A DNA stretch of 57,773 bases, from the NCBI GenBank assembly GCA_012520195.1, contig JAAYOS010000032.1, positions 1 through 57,773 of the forward strand. Direction: 5' to 3'. Position numbers and translations under genes: made by a program. Under the pieces are notes generated by a model. The model saw nothing but the letters and a program-made list of their open reading frames with translations, did no database searches and had not been told where the DNA came from. Below are positions 1 to 8,324 of this stretch, piece after piece; within the stretch, counting starts at the first letter, position 1; each line of letters starts with the position of its first letter. This stretch comes from Clostridiales bacterium. GTDB taxonomy: Bacteria; Bacillota; Clostridia; Oscillospirales; JAAYOS01.

Positions 1-116
1 AATAGTGCCCAAGGCCAACTATATCCCGCCTGCTGTAGTAGTATGCCAAAGGCGCTTCCCAAGAATAGATAACCCAGCATAACAGGAATGGTAGTCTTAA
101 AAGAAAACTTGATCAT
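1..116 (-). CDS. AzlC-family branched-chain amino acid transporter, N-terminal fragment (gene runs off the window edge)
   Basis: Reverse-strand ATG at 114-116 gives MIKFSFKTTIPVMLGYLFLGSAFGILLQQAGYSWPWAL and stays open to position 1. The PVMLGY..G.AFG pattern is typical of AzlC N-termini. It is too short to appear in the ORF track. Confidence 0.45.
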   Translation of the reverse strand, partial: MIKFSFKTTIPVMLGYLFLGSAFGILLQQAGYSWPWAL

Positions 117-192
117 TTGATATCTACTCCGCAGTTTACTTTCGTACATTAGTGAATCATACTACAAAACCGGAGTAAAATCAAATAATCAA

Positions 193-1038
193 TTATGTAA
201 TAGATAACTCAGGGAACTTGACATCTCCCAATTCGCAGGTTATTCCTCGTATAAATATCGGGTCTGTCTCATATATCTGCATCTCATACTCTAAATCTGA
301 CCAGTATGGCATAAATCCAAATTCGACCTTCTCAACATTTCTAAATGGCAGGTATTTGGCTAGGTCGGAAAAATCAATCTCCCTTAGTGAGAAAACACCG
401 ATAAGTTTCAATGATGCGTTTTTTTGCTCTGCAATCACTAATGTATCAAGTTCGGGTATTTCGTAGATTAGGTCCTTAAGGTATCCGGAGTATATGTGAA
501 AAATATTAATGCTAGCGCTATTCAGACAATCAAGCTTTTGCGAATAATTTACCCGTTTGCATACATAATCCCACACTTTAGGGTCATTATATTGAATTTT
601 TTTTGGTTTGTTATCATTATTAATCTCACAATGACACACAGGCAGTTTTTCACTGACTCGTTTGAATCCAAACTTTGGATAAAAGTTTACAACATCCTCA
701 TTTGCGAATAGATACATTGGAGTGCCTTCATACTTTTCTATAATATGCTCCATTAATGAACGGGCGAGTCCTCTACCTCTATACTCTTCTTTTGTAGCAA
801 CAGCTCCAACCGATAGGGCAGGGTACTGCTTTCCATCGCAGAGTATTTGAGTTTTGAAAACACATATGTTTGAAACTATCTCTCCGTTTTCAAACATAGA
901 GTAACTCTCATAGTTTTCATCCCATAGGTCTAGGTCATACCAGAATTGAAAGTCAAAGAAAACATCCTTTAGTAGACTATTGAGCATGGCCTGATACTCT
1001 TTGTTGTTTTGATTATTGAATAATATCTGCATTTTCAT
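193..1038 (-). CDS. GNAT family N-acetyltransferase (281 aa, with an extra C-terminal domain)
   Basis: The ORF has the acetyl-CoA binding motif EEYRGRGLARSLMEHIIEKY and FYPKFGF. An SD (AAAGAGG) lies upstream of the ATG. Confidence 0.75.
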   Translation of the reverse strand: MKMQILFNNQNNKEYQAMLNSLLKDVFFDFQFWYDLDLWDENYESYSMFENGEIVSNICVFKTQILCDGKQYPALSVGAVATKEEYRGRGLARSLMEHIIEKYEGTPMYLFANEDVVNFYPKFGFKRVSEKLPVCHCEINNDNKPKKIQYNDPKVWDYVCKRVNYSQKLDCLNSASINIFHIYSGYLKDLIYEIPELDTLVIAEQKNASLKLIGVFSLREIDFSDLAKYLPFRNVEKVEFGFMPYWSDLEYEMQIYETDPIFIRGITCELGDVKFPELSIT

Positions 1039-1062
1039 TACCTCTTTGAATTGTTACTATGT

Positions 1063-1098
1063 TCAAAAACCCGCATAAACTATGTAGTTATGCGGGTT
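1063..1098 (-). terminator. Intrinsic terminator downstream of tRNA-Ser
   Basis: On the reverse strand, AACCCGCATAA-loop-TTATGCGGGTT is followed by TTTTTG. Confidence 0.7.
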
Positions 1099-1100
1099 CA

Positions 1101-1188
1101 TGGCGGAGAGGGGGAGATTCGAACTCCCGGCACCTTGCGGTGCAGCAGTTTTCGAGACTGCCACCTTCGACCACTCGGACACCTCTCC
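1101..1188 (-). tRNA. tRNA-Ser (anticodon CGA), class II with long variable arm, encoded CCA
   Basis: The reverse complement reads GGAGAGGTGTCCGAGTGGTCGAAGG..GCAGT-CTCGAAA-ACTGC..GGGAGTTCGAATCTCCCCCTCTCCGCCA. It has an acceptor stem, D-loop GAGTGG, T-loop GTTCGAATC and anticodon loop CT-CGA-AA. Confidence 0.9.
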
Positions 1189-1535
1189 ATATTCAATTGC
1201 TTTCTATTACACTTACGAGAACTCTCGACAACATTGAATATTATAATCAGTTTCTTCCTGCAAGTCAAGTACTCAGTTTTTGAGTTGATCATCATAAAGC
1301 ATGAAGGAAATTATTATAGAATGTCCACACTGCAAACACATGTGTCCTCAAATTATGTGGAATTCCACTATTGCATTATTGACCAGTCTACTCTATAATA
1401 GGTGAAAGCTGCAAGAGAATTAAGGCATTCTTGCAAATTCATTATATAGCAAATACGCGAATGATTCTCTATCACTTTATTCCAGCCATTTAGAGATTTA
1501 TTAAGCTGTCTAAGCTGTTAGGAGAGACTATTGTT

Positions 1536-2732
1536 ATGCCAAAACCACTTTCAAATCTTGCATCTAAGGTGCAAGCCTCCACTACAATTGCGATAGATAC
1601 GATGTATAAGAAAATGAAAGCCGACGGCATCGATGTTATTGGCTTTGGGGCAGGAGAGCCTGATTTCAATACTCCCGAGAATATTAAACTGGAAGCTATT
1701 AAGGCTATAGAGAATAACTTTACTCACTATACCCCTTCAAACGGAATCGAAGTATTGCGTAACGCCATATGTGGGCGACTGAAAGCTGACTGCGACGTTG
1801 AGTACAGCCCTTCGCAAATTGTTGTGTCAAGCGGTGCTAAGCAGAGCATCTACTATGCACTTAAAGCAATCACTAATCCCGGTGATGAGATAATTTTAGC
1901 TGCACCGTTTTGGGTCAGCTATTATGAGTTAGTACAGATGGTAGGGGGCACTCCCGTTGTAGTTAAGACAGACGAAAGTACTGGCTGGAAGATGACAGCT
2001 GAAATGCTCGAGAGTGCAATCACCGAGAACACCAAAGCACTTATTCTAAACAGTCCCTCAAATCCATCCGGGGTTGTATACAACGAGGAAGAGCTCAGAG
2101 CCATTGCACATGTGGCAATCGACGCAGACCTCTATGTCTTGTCTGACGAAATTTACTACCGTTTAGTTTACGATGATACGGAGTTTAAGAGCTTTGCCTC
2201 TTTGGGAGACAGAGTAAAACAGAATACCATCCTTATTAATGGTGTTTCGAAATCATATGCGATGACTGGCTGGCGTATAGGGTATTCAGCCGCAAATGAA
2301 GAGATATCAAAAGTTATCGGAAACTACCAGAGCCACGCATCGTCAGCACCAAATTCCGTTGCCCAGATGGCAGCATTAGAGGCACTGTCAGGGCAGCAAG
2401 ATTTCATCGAGTCGATGCGAGAAGAATTCGAGGCGCGTAGGGACTACCTAATTGAACGCCTTGACAACATATCTGAAGTTGACTATATACTTCCAAAAGG
2501 TGCTTTCTATATTATGATGGATATCTCAAAACTTGTAGGAGGGAGCCTGTACAACCACATCATCAAGGATTCAGATGATTTCTCATCTCTATTCCTAGAA
2601 AAGGGGCTTGTAGCCACAGTACCATGTACAGGATTCGGTGCACCAAACCATGTTAGATGGTCATATGCGACATCTCTTGAGAACATTAAGACCGGACTTG
2701 ACCGGCTAGAATATTTCATTAAGAATGGTTAA
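1536..2732 (+). CDS. Class I PLP-dependent aminotransferase (aspartate aminotransferase type)
   Basis: 398 aa with GAGEPDF, SNPSNPSG and the PLP-lysine motif SKSYAMTGWRIGY. A GGAGAG SD lies upstream. Confidence 0.85.
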   Translation: MPKPLSNLASKVQASTTIAIDTMYKKMKADGIDVIGFGAGEPDFNTPENIKLEAIKAIENNFTHYTPSNGIEVLRNAICGRLKADCDVEYSPSQIVVSSGAKQSIYYALKAITNPGDEIILAAPFWVSYYELVQMVGGTPVVVKTDESTGWKMTAEMLESAITENTKALILNSPSNPSGVVYNEEELRAIAHVAIDADLYVLSDEIYYRLVYDDTEFKSFASLGDRVKQNTILINGVSKSYAMTGWRIGYSAANEEISKVIGNYQSHASSAPNSVAQMAALEALSGQQDFIESMREEFEARRDYLIERLDNISEVDYILPKGAFYIMMDISKLVGGSLYNHIIKDSDDFSSLFLEKGLVATVPCTGFGAPNHVRWSYATSLENIKTGLDRLEYFIKNG

Positions 2733-2750
2733 TAGGTCAGAAATGCTAAC

Positions 2751-2783
2751 AGGATCAATCGTGTGCACCACACGGTTGATCCT
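2751..2783 (+). terminator. Stem-loop terminator after the aminotransferase gene
   Basis: AGGATCAATCGTGTG / CACACGGTTGATCCT forms about 15 bp with one G-T, followed by TAATTTC. The U-tract is weak. Confidence 0.5.
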
Positions 2784-2877
2784 TAATTTCTGCTTGCAAG
2801 TAGAAGAGCTTTACACGCCTAAGATGCCGTTCTCCGAATATGAAGTAGCGTTTACCTGTCCTATTAAGTGAAAAGCT

Positions 2878-2906
2878 TTGACTTTACAGTGCAAAAATAC
2901 TATAAT
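2878..2906 (+). promoter_or_regulatory. Near-consensus sigma-A promoter (TTGACT-17 nt-TATAAT) pointing toward nrdR and antisense to the 73-aa ORF
   Basis: TTGACT is at 2878-2883, a 17-nt spacer follows, and TATAAT is at 2901-2906. All were read directly from the sequence. Confidence 0.5.
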
Positions 2907-2939
2907 AAGCTTTGGGTAATACCACTTTCAACCAACATA

Positions 2940-3161
2940 CTAGCTCAGGCTGCTGAGTCTTTCATGTAGGATGGCTGAACCTAATACAGAAACGAGAAGA
3001 ATAGCTGCTCCGGTTGAACACATCTCTCTGACCAGCATGAGGGTATGCCCTAAACTAAGCGTGTCGGTTCTAATTGAAGCAAGCATAAAAATCGCAATAA
3101 CTAAAAGACTGGCTGTCACATAATAACAGCCACGTAACAAATACCGTGTAACCTTATGCAT
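2940..3161 (-). CDS. Small hydrophobic protein, two predicted TM helices, unknown function
   Basis: 73 aa. A strong SD (AAAGGAG) lies 6 nt before the ATG. The two hydrophobic segments are YYVTASLLVIAIFMLASI and TGAAILLVSVLGSAIL. Confidence 0.45.
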   Translation of the reverse strand: MHKVTRYLLRGCYYVTASLLVIAIFMLASIRTDTLSLGHTLMLVREMCSTGAAILLVSVLGSAILHERLSSLS

Positions 3162-3292
3162 TTTTACTCCTTTATGTAATAGTTACATTTTGTGTTTAGT
3201 ATAATAAGAAACTCAAACTAATTATAGTATATTCTCATTACCATTTCCACTGTAATGATTCGCTAAACGGGGAAAGGAACGGTCTGTTTACT

Positions 3293-3763
3293 ATGAAATG
3301 TCCATATTGTGAATACCTGGATAGCAAGGTGGTCGACTCCCGACCGACAGATGAAGGGGAGTCGATCAGAAGACGACGAGAATGCCTTTCATGTCAGAGA
3401 AGGTTTACAACCTATGAGCAGATTGAGATGCTGCCTATCGTTGTAATCAAGAAAGATGGTTCGAGGCAAGCTTTTGATAAGCAGAAGATTCTCAATGGTC
3501 TCCTACGAGCGTCCGAGAAGAGACCGATCTCATTGAGCGATTTAACAAATGTTGTAAATTCGATTGAGTTGAAGCTACAAAACGAACTACATCGTGAGAT
3601 TAAATCTACCGAAATTGGCGAGCTCGTTATGGATGAGCTGAAAAGACTCGATGAGGTTGCCTATGTACGCTTCGCCTCGGTTTATAGGGAGTTTAAGGAT
3701 GTAAACTCCTTTATGGCTGAACTTACAAGCCTTCTTGGTGAGAACGTCACTGAAGATAGTTAA
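3293..3763 (+). CDS. nrdR: Transcriptional repressor NrdR (zinc ribbon plus ATP-cone)
   Basis: [42 protein letters not shown] is the canonical NrdR N-terminus. The ATP-cone shows [13 protein letters not shown]. Confidence 0.95.
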   Translation: MKCPYCEYLDSKVVDSRPTDEGESIRRRRECLSCQRRFTTYEQIEMLPIVVIKKDGSRQAFDKQKILNGLLRASEKRPISLSDLTNVVNSIELKLQNELHREIKSTEIGELVMDELKRLDEVAYVRFASVYREFKDVNSFMAELTSLLGENVTEDS

Positions 3764-3784
3764 ACTGTTTACGATAGTTTTTAT

Positions 3785-3823
3785 AAAAAGAGTACGGGTG
3801 TAGTAAAAGCCCCGTACTCTTTT
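3785..3823. terminator. Bidirectional intrinsic terminator between nrdR and the convergent Cys-rich ORF
   Basis: AAGAGTACGGG-loop-CCCGTACTCTT is flanked by an A-run upstream and a T-run downstream. Confidence 0.75.
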
Positions 3824-3842
3824 GCGTAAAACCGGCATGTCT

Positions 3843-4007
3843 TTAGTGCTTTTCTTTGTTTTTCACCCCCATAGCGTTTGGGATTTCCTGTCTGGGGACA
3901 TAATAGATACAGTCCTTTTCGGGCTCAGGTTTCCCGATAGAACAAGCGCGATCCTGCATGCAGACACCGTCAGTCTGATAGACACAGTTAAGGGAACAAC
4001 CTATCAT
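3843..4007 (-). CDS. Small Cys-rich protein (54 aa from the SD-supported ATG), unknown function
   Basis: AAGGAG lies 8 nt upstream of the ATG at 4007. The product is MIGCSLNCVYQTDGVCMQDRACSIGKPEPEKDCIYY... with 6 Cys. The longer 71-aa ORF start (4058) has no SD. Confidence 0.4.
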   Translation of the reverse strand: MIGCSLNCVYQTDGVCMQDRACSIGKPEPEKDCIYYVPRQEIPNAMGVKNKEKH

Positions 4008-4104
4008 AGTAGCATCTCCTTTTTGATCGCTTGGGTCTATATTAAAGTCAAAGCACAATTATCTTAACCACTCCTGCAGAAATTTATTATCAGAGGTGCA
4101 TGTG

Positions 4105-5061
4105 ATGAGACGCAAAATATTCATACCCTTAGTTACTGTTGTTGTATGCACCGTTATGTGGGCATTTTCACCTAAAGAACAGATTAAGTACGTGAAATGC
4201 ATAACGCCCGAGTTGACTGACATTACTTATACTGTCAGCGCTAACGGAACTATCGAACAGATTCTTGCAGCTAATCTCTATCCATCAAAGTACTGCACAG
4301 TCGAGAAGATATACCTAAATGTTGGTGATACCGTGAAAAAGGGTCAGGTAATAATGTCTCTTCAACCGTCCGAGGTTTCGGTTCCGGACAGGCAGAATAT
4401 GAGCGAGCTTTTAGTTGATGTACTTGCACAGGCTGTTCAAGAGGATGATAGCTATGTAACCCACTCAAAAGGCATGCAGATTGTCAGCCCAATTGACGGG
4501 GTGATCTCCGAAATCCTTGTAAGGGAGAATGCAGATATAACACCTATTACCAAATGTGCAGTGGTCTCAGATATTAGCCGAATGCAAGCGAAGGTAGCAG
4601 TATCAGAGGTGGATATATCAAGAATTAAGAAAGGAATGCCGGCAAGTATTACAGGCCAGGCTTTTAGTGGCATATACAATGGAGTAGTGCTTGAGATCTC
4701 AAGGCTGATAAAATCACAGTTGACAGTACAAGGGGAAGGGGAACGCTACGCTGACGTCATTATCGAGATACTTGGTGCAGATAGCAAACTACTTCCCGGC
4801 AGCAGCATCCGTGCAAATATATTCACGCTTAAGAAGCATAATGTGCTTACGCTGCCATACGAGGCTATCACTCAGGATAGCATGAACAAGGAAACTGTAT
4901 ACGTCGTTGAAAATGGTGTTATCAAAAAGAAGAACATCCAGACCGGTTACGAGATGGTCAACGTTGTTGAGGTTACTACTGGCCTCACGGAGGGAAGCTC
5001 TATAGTGATATCTCCGGACGATAGCTTATCGGAAGGTGATAGGGTAGTGATAGTGGAATGA
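4105..5061 (+). CDS. HlyD/MacA-type membrane fusion (periplasmic adaptor) protein
   Basis: It has an N-terminal TM, the biotinyl-lipoyl-like VGDTVKKGQVIMSL, and beta-barrel segments such as ISPIDGVISEILVRENADI. An AGAGGTG SD precedes the ATG at 4105. The stop overlaps the next gene (ATGA). Confidence 0.75.
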   Translation: MRRKIFIPLVTVVVCTVMWAFSPKEQIKYVKCITPELTDITYTVSANGTIEQILAANLYPSKYCTVEKIYLNVGDTVKKGQVIMSLQPSEVSVPDRQNMSELLVDVLAQAVQEDDSYVTHSKGMQIVSPIDGVISEILVRENADITPITKCAVVSDISRMQAKVAVSEVDISRIKKGMPASITGQAFSGIYNGVVLEISRLIKSQLTVQGEGERYADVIIEILGADSKLLPGSSIRANIFTLKKHNVLTLPYEAITQDSMNKETVYVVENGVIKKKNIQTGYEMVNVVEVTTGLTEGSSIVISPDDSLSEGDRVVIVE

Positions 5062-6245
5062 AGTTCATAGATATTTTGAGGTTTTCAGCGGCTAATTTCC
5101 TTCGTGGCAGACTCCGCTCATTACTTACAATCTGTTCAATATCAATAGGTGTTGCCTCAGTGATACTCGTACTTGCGTTAGGCGATGGTAGCAGAACAGC
5201 CATTAGTAATGAACTCGATAGAATGGGTCTCGAAGGAATTATGATTTATCCGAAGCAGGCAGCTATATCACAGGGAGTTTCACTTGCAGGCTCGGATGCA
5301 TATGAGCTTGTAGCAAATGTTGAGGGCATAGACAAATCGATGCCCGTTATGATAAGATATGGCTCATATAGGTTGAAAAATTGGCAGGGTAATGCCATGA
5401 TCTATGGGGTCGATCCGACGATGCGTGATGTCCTGAAGGTCGAGCTCCTATATGGCCGGCTACTAAACACCCAAGATACAAGTGCCAGAAGGGATGTTGT
5501 GGTTGTAAGCGATGATCTGGCAGAGATGATTTATAAGCGAAAAAATATCGTGGGAAAAGAGCTTAAACTCTTTATTGGCGAAAGGTCAAGAAGCTTTGAA
5601 ATCGTTGGCATAGTATCCTCGCAACAGAATAGCCTTGCTCAGATGCTTGGAGGGCTTCCAAAGTTTTTCTACGTCCCCTATACTTCGCTAATGGCCCTTG
5701 CAAACGAGGACGCCATTGATGAGGTAATCATCTTGTCAGAAAGCGAGGTTGTCGCTGACAGAGCCGTATCCTATCTAGACAGAAAGTATTCGTCCCCAAA
5801 CAGTTTTAGATATGAAAACATTTACGGAATTCGAGACAAGGTAGATAACGTAATCTACCTTCTAACCCTATTTATAAGCTCCATTGCGGGAATAGCAATA
5901 GTTGTGGCCGGCATCGGCATTATGAACACTATGATGTCGCAGGCTATAGAGCGCAAACACGAGATAGGTATATATTTAACCCTTGGAGCCACCAGTAGAG
6001 ATATTATGCTGAGTTTCCTAACCGAATCCGCAGTACTATCGGCAATTGGTGGCCTTCTTGGGATCGTTTTATCAATTATTCCGGTCGCAATGGCCAGGAG
6101 TGCTACAAACATTCCATTTTCGATCCAAATAAGCCATGTGGTCCTGGCTGAGAGTGTAGCAGTGATGTGCGGGATAATTTTCGGTGTTTCGCCGGCTTCA
6201 CGTGCGGCTTCACTAAATCCTATAGATGCAATTCATAGTATATGA
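5058..6245 (+). CDS. ABC transporter permease, MacB/FtsX type (no ATPase domain)
   Basis: The N-terminal TM (SLLTICSISIGVASVILVLALG) is followed by a large extracytoplasmic MacB-like domain. The C-terminal FtsX domain reads GIGIMNTMMSQAIERKHEIGIYLTLGATSRDI. Confidence 0.85.
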   Translation: MKFIDILRFSAANFLRGRLRSLLTICSISIGVASVILVLALGDGSRTAISNELDRMGLEGIMIYPKQAAISQGVSLAGSDAYELVANVEGIDKSMPVMIRYGSYRLKNWQGNAMIYGVDPTMRDVLKVELLYGRLLNTQDTSARRDVVVVSDDLAEMIYKRKNIVGKELKLFIGERSRSFEIVGIVSSQQNSLAQMLGGLPKFFYVPYTSLMALANEDAIDEVIILSESEVVADRAVSYLDRKYSSPNSFRYENIYGIRDKVDNVIYLLTLFISSIAGIAIVVAGIGIMNTMMSQAIERKHEIGIYLTLGATSRDIMLSFLTESAVLSAIGGLLGIVLSIIPVAMARSATNIPFSIQISHVVLAESVAVMCGIIFGVSPASRAASLNPIDAIHSI

Positions 6246-7080
6246 TCAGCCTGGAGTTGATGTTAAGTTGTGCCCGGTTAGTCTCAATCCAATATTGCAC
6301 CCCAATCTCCCTACAAGCAAAGTAAAAGTTGTAGCGATAGGGGAGTTATATATGCCGTTGTTGGAAGCTCCCTTCAAAAAGCTGGGCATTACAGTTATCC
6401 CTGTCCCGTGCAGCGGCAATGTGGCTCCAGAAATCAGAAGTCATGCCGATATAACATTTCATCACGCTGGGGGAAACAACATAATTTTATCTTCAGAGAA
6501 GTATTCCAAGGTTCAGAAACGCCTCGACAAGATTTCATCATTGACAGGCTATAGCAATTGGAATGTTATTCCATCGCGTGCCAATCTAAACCCCAAATAT
6601 CCCGGAGACATAGCACTAAACGCTTTGAGAATCGGAAAATATCTTTTCTGTAATGCAAAACACACAGATGTTCGATTGTTAGAGCATTGCGAAAAAAGCG
6701 GAATTGAGATAGTCAATGTGAATCAGGGTTACGCAAAGTGTTCAGTATGCGTGGTTAAGGAAGATGCGGCGATAACTTCAGATCCAAACTTAGCAGAGGA
6801 AATGTTTCAAAAGGACATTAACGTGCTTTTGATTGAACCGGGCTACATAGAACTGGACGGATATGAGTATGGTTTTGTTGGCGGAGCATCAGGCAAGATT
6901 TCTAGTGATACATTGTGTTTTACAGGCAGCCTGAAAAGCCATCCATCAATAGTTGCTATAGATGACTTTTTGGAGAGACATGGTGTTATCAAGATTGAGC
7001 TGACAGACAAGGTCTGCTTTGATATTGGATCAATAATTCCTTTGCTCGAGGTAGGGGGATTGACAGAGGACTCTAATTGA
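6226..7080 (+). CDS. Uncharacterised protein, possibly guanidino-group-modifying-enzyme (GME) fold, DUF6873-like; start uncertain (6226, 6268 TTG or 6352 ATG)
   Basis: The ORF overlaps the permease stop. Motifs SHADITFHHAGG, GYAKCSVCVV, AAITSD and GFVGGASG recall the amidinotransferase-like DUF6873 family from memory. This is not verified. Confidence 0.4.
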   Translation: MQFIVYDQPGVDVKLCPVSLNPILHPNLPTSKVKVVAIGELYMPLLEAPFKKLGITVIPVPCSGNVAPEIRSHADITFHHAGGNNIILSSEKYSKVQKRLDKISSLTGYSNWNVIPSRANLNPKYPGDIALNALRIGKYLFCNAKHTDVRLLEHCEKSGIEIVNVNQGYAKCSVCVVKEDAAITSDPNLAEEMFQKDINVLLIEPGYIELDGYEYGFVGGASGKISSDTLCFTGSLKSHPSIVAIDDFLERHGVIKIELTDKVCFDIGSIIPLLEVGGLTEDSN

Positions 7081-7102
7081 ACTATAATAAACCACAGTAA
7101 TA

Positions 7103-7130
7103 CCTGAACAAAATTAAAATTTTGTTCAGG
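7103..7130 (+). terminator. Perfect 12-bp stem-loop (possible terminator or processing site) between the transporter operon and the recombinase gene
   Basis: CCTGAACAAAAT-TAAA-ATTTTGTTCAGG. No U-tract follows, so terminator function is uncertain. Confidence 0.35.
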
Positions 7131-7149
7131 TCGAGGGAGGAAAACTCGC

Positions 7150-8157
7150 TTGAATAACTACGACGGCACACCTGAGATTATTAGAAGCTTTCTTACATAT
7201 CATGAGACAATCAAAGGTCATTCAAAGATGACTGTTGATGAGTACTATCTTGATCTACGAACTTTTTTTCGTTTTTTGAAAACTAAACGAAATCTTGTTC
7301 CTGATGGAATCTCTTTTAATGAAATTTCTATTGGTGACATAGACCTGGAGTTTGTCAAATCTGTTACGCTCTCCGATGTATATGACTTTCTTAGTTACTT
7401 AAGCCGGGAGCGCGAAGTTCATTATAATTCTCCCGATTCGGATGTCGGATTGAGCGCAGCTTCACGTGCTCGTAAGGTAGCTACGATCCGTTCATTCTAT
7501 AAGTATTTGACACTCAAGGCCGGAGTCCTTGAAACAAATCCTGTTTTGAATCTTGATTCACCGAAGCTAAAGAAGAACCTTCCGCGTTATTTAACTGAAG
7601 ATGAAAGTATTGCTCTGCTAAAAGCCATAGACGGTAATAATAAGGAACGGGACTACTGCATTATAACTCTATTTCTCAATTGTGGATTGAGAATTTCGGA
7701 GTTGATCTCCCTGGATTTAGCTGACATCAGGGATGATTCACTAAGAGTGGAATTTGGTAAAGGCGGCAAAGTCCGCATTCTGTACTTGAATACAGCCTGC
7801 CGTGAAGCAATCGACAGATGGCTTGATGTTCGCAGTCAGATAAAAGGTCTTAGTGGCGACGCTAAAAAAGCCCTATTTGTTACTAGGCAGAACACAAGAA
7901 TTTCGAGAAGTGCTGTGCATCTACTCGTAAAAAATTCACTTCTAAAAGCCGGCTTGGACCCGTCAAAATACTCCGCTCACAAACTGAGGCACACAGCAGC
8001 TACTTTGATGCGTAAAAACGGCGTTGATGTGCGCACGTTACAAGAGGTATTGGGTCACGACCATCTCAACACCACACAGATTTATACCCATGTCGACAAC
8101 AAGGACATAAGATCTGCTACAGCAATGAATCCCCTATCAAAAATCAAACCGGATTAA
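7150..8157 (+). CDS. Tyrosine site-specific recombinase (XerC/integrase family)
   Basis: TTG start after a GGGAGG SD. An N-terminal SAM-like domain is present. The catalytic residues appear in GLRISEL, HKLRHTAATLM and LGHDHLNTTQIYTHV (R..H-R-H..Y). Confidence 0.85.
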   Translation: MNNYDGTPEIIRSFLTYHETIKGHSKMTVDEYYLDLRTFFRFLKTKRNLVPDGISFNEISIGDIDLEFVKSVTLSDVYDFLSYLSREREVHYNSPDSDVGLSAASRARKVATIRSFYKYLTLKAGVLETNPVLNLDSPKLKKNLPRYLTEDESIALLKAIDGNNKERDYCIITLFLNCGLRISELISLDLADIRDDSLRVEFGKGGKVRILYLNTACREAIDRWLDVRSQIKGLSGDAKKALFVTRQNTRISRSAVHLLVKNSLLKAGLDPSKYSAHKLRHTAATLMRKNGVDVRTLQEVLGHDHLNTTQIYTHVDNKDIRSATAMNPLSKIKPD

Positions 8158-8228
8158 GTTATCGCGATTATATTTGTCTGAAGCCACACAGGCAAATCAA
8201 GTGATGAAGCAAATACTATAAAATGGTA

Positions 8229-8256
8229 ATCGCCGGCTGATAGCCGGCGATTTTTT
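8229..8256. terminator. Intrinsic terminator between the convergent recombinase and DUF624 genes
   Basis: ATCGCCGGCT-GAT-AGCCGGCGAT is followed by TTTTTT on the + strand. Confidence 0.75.
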
Positions 8257-8324
8257 GTATGAAATATAGAGCATTACTGTCCGAACGAAACTTTAGTATC
8301 AGTTTCTACTGCTAAAACATCAGT

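Noticed and set aside
1051-1398. ORFs of 65-115 aa overlapping the tRNA-Ser region
   Set aside because: They read through a tRNA gene and its terminator and have no SD. They are artefacts of ORF calling.
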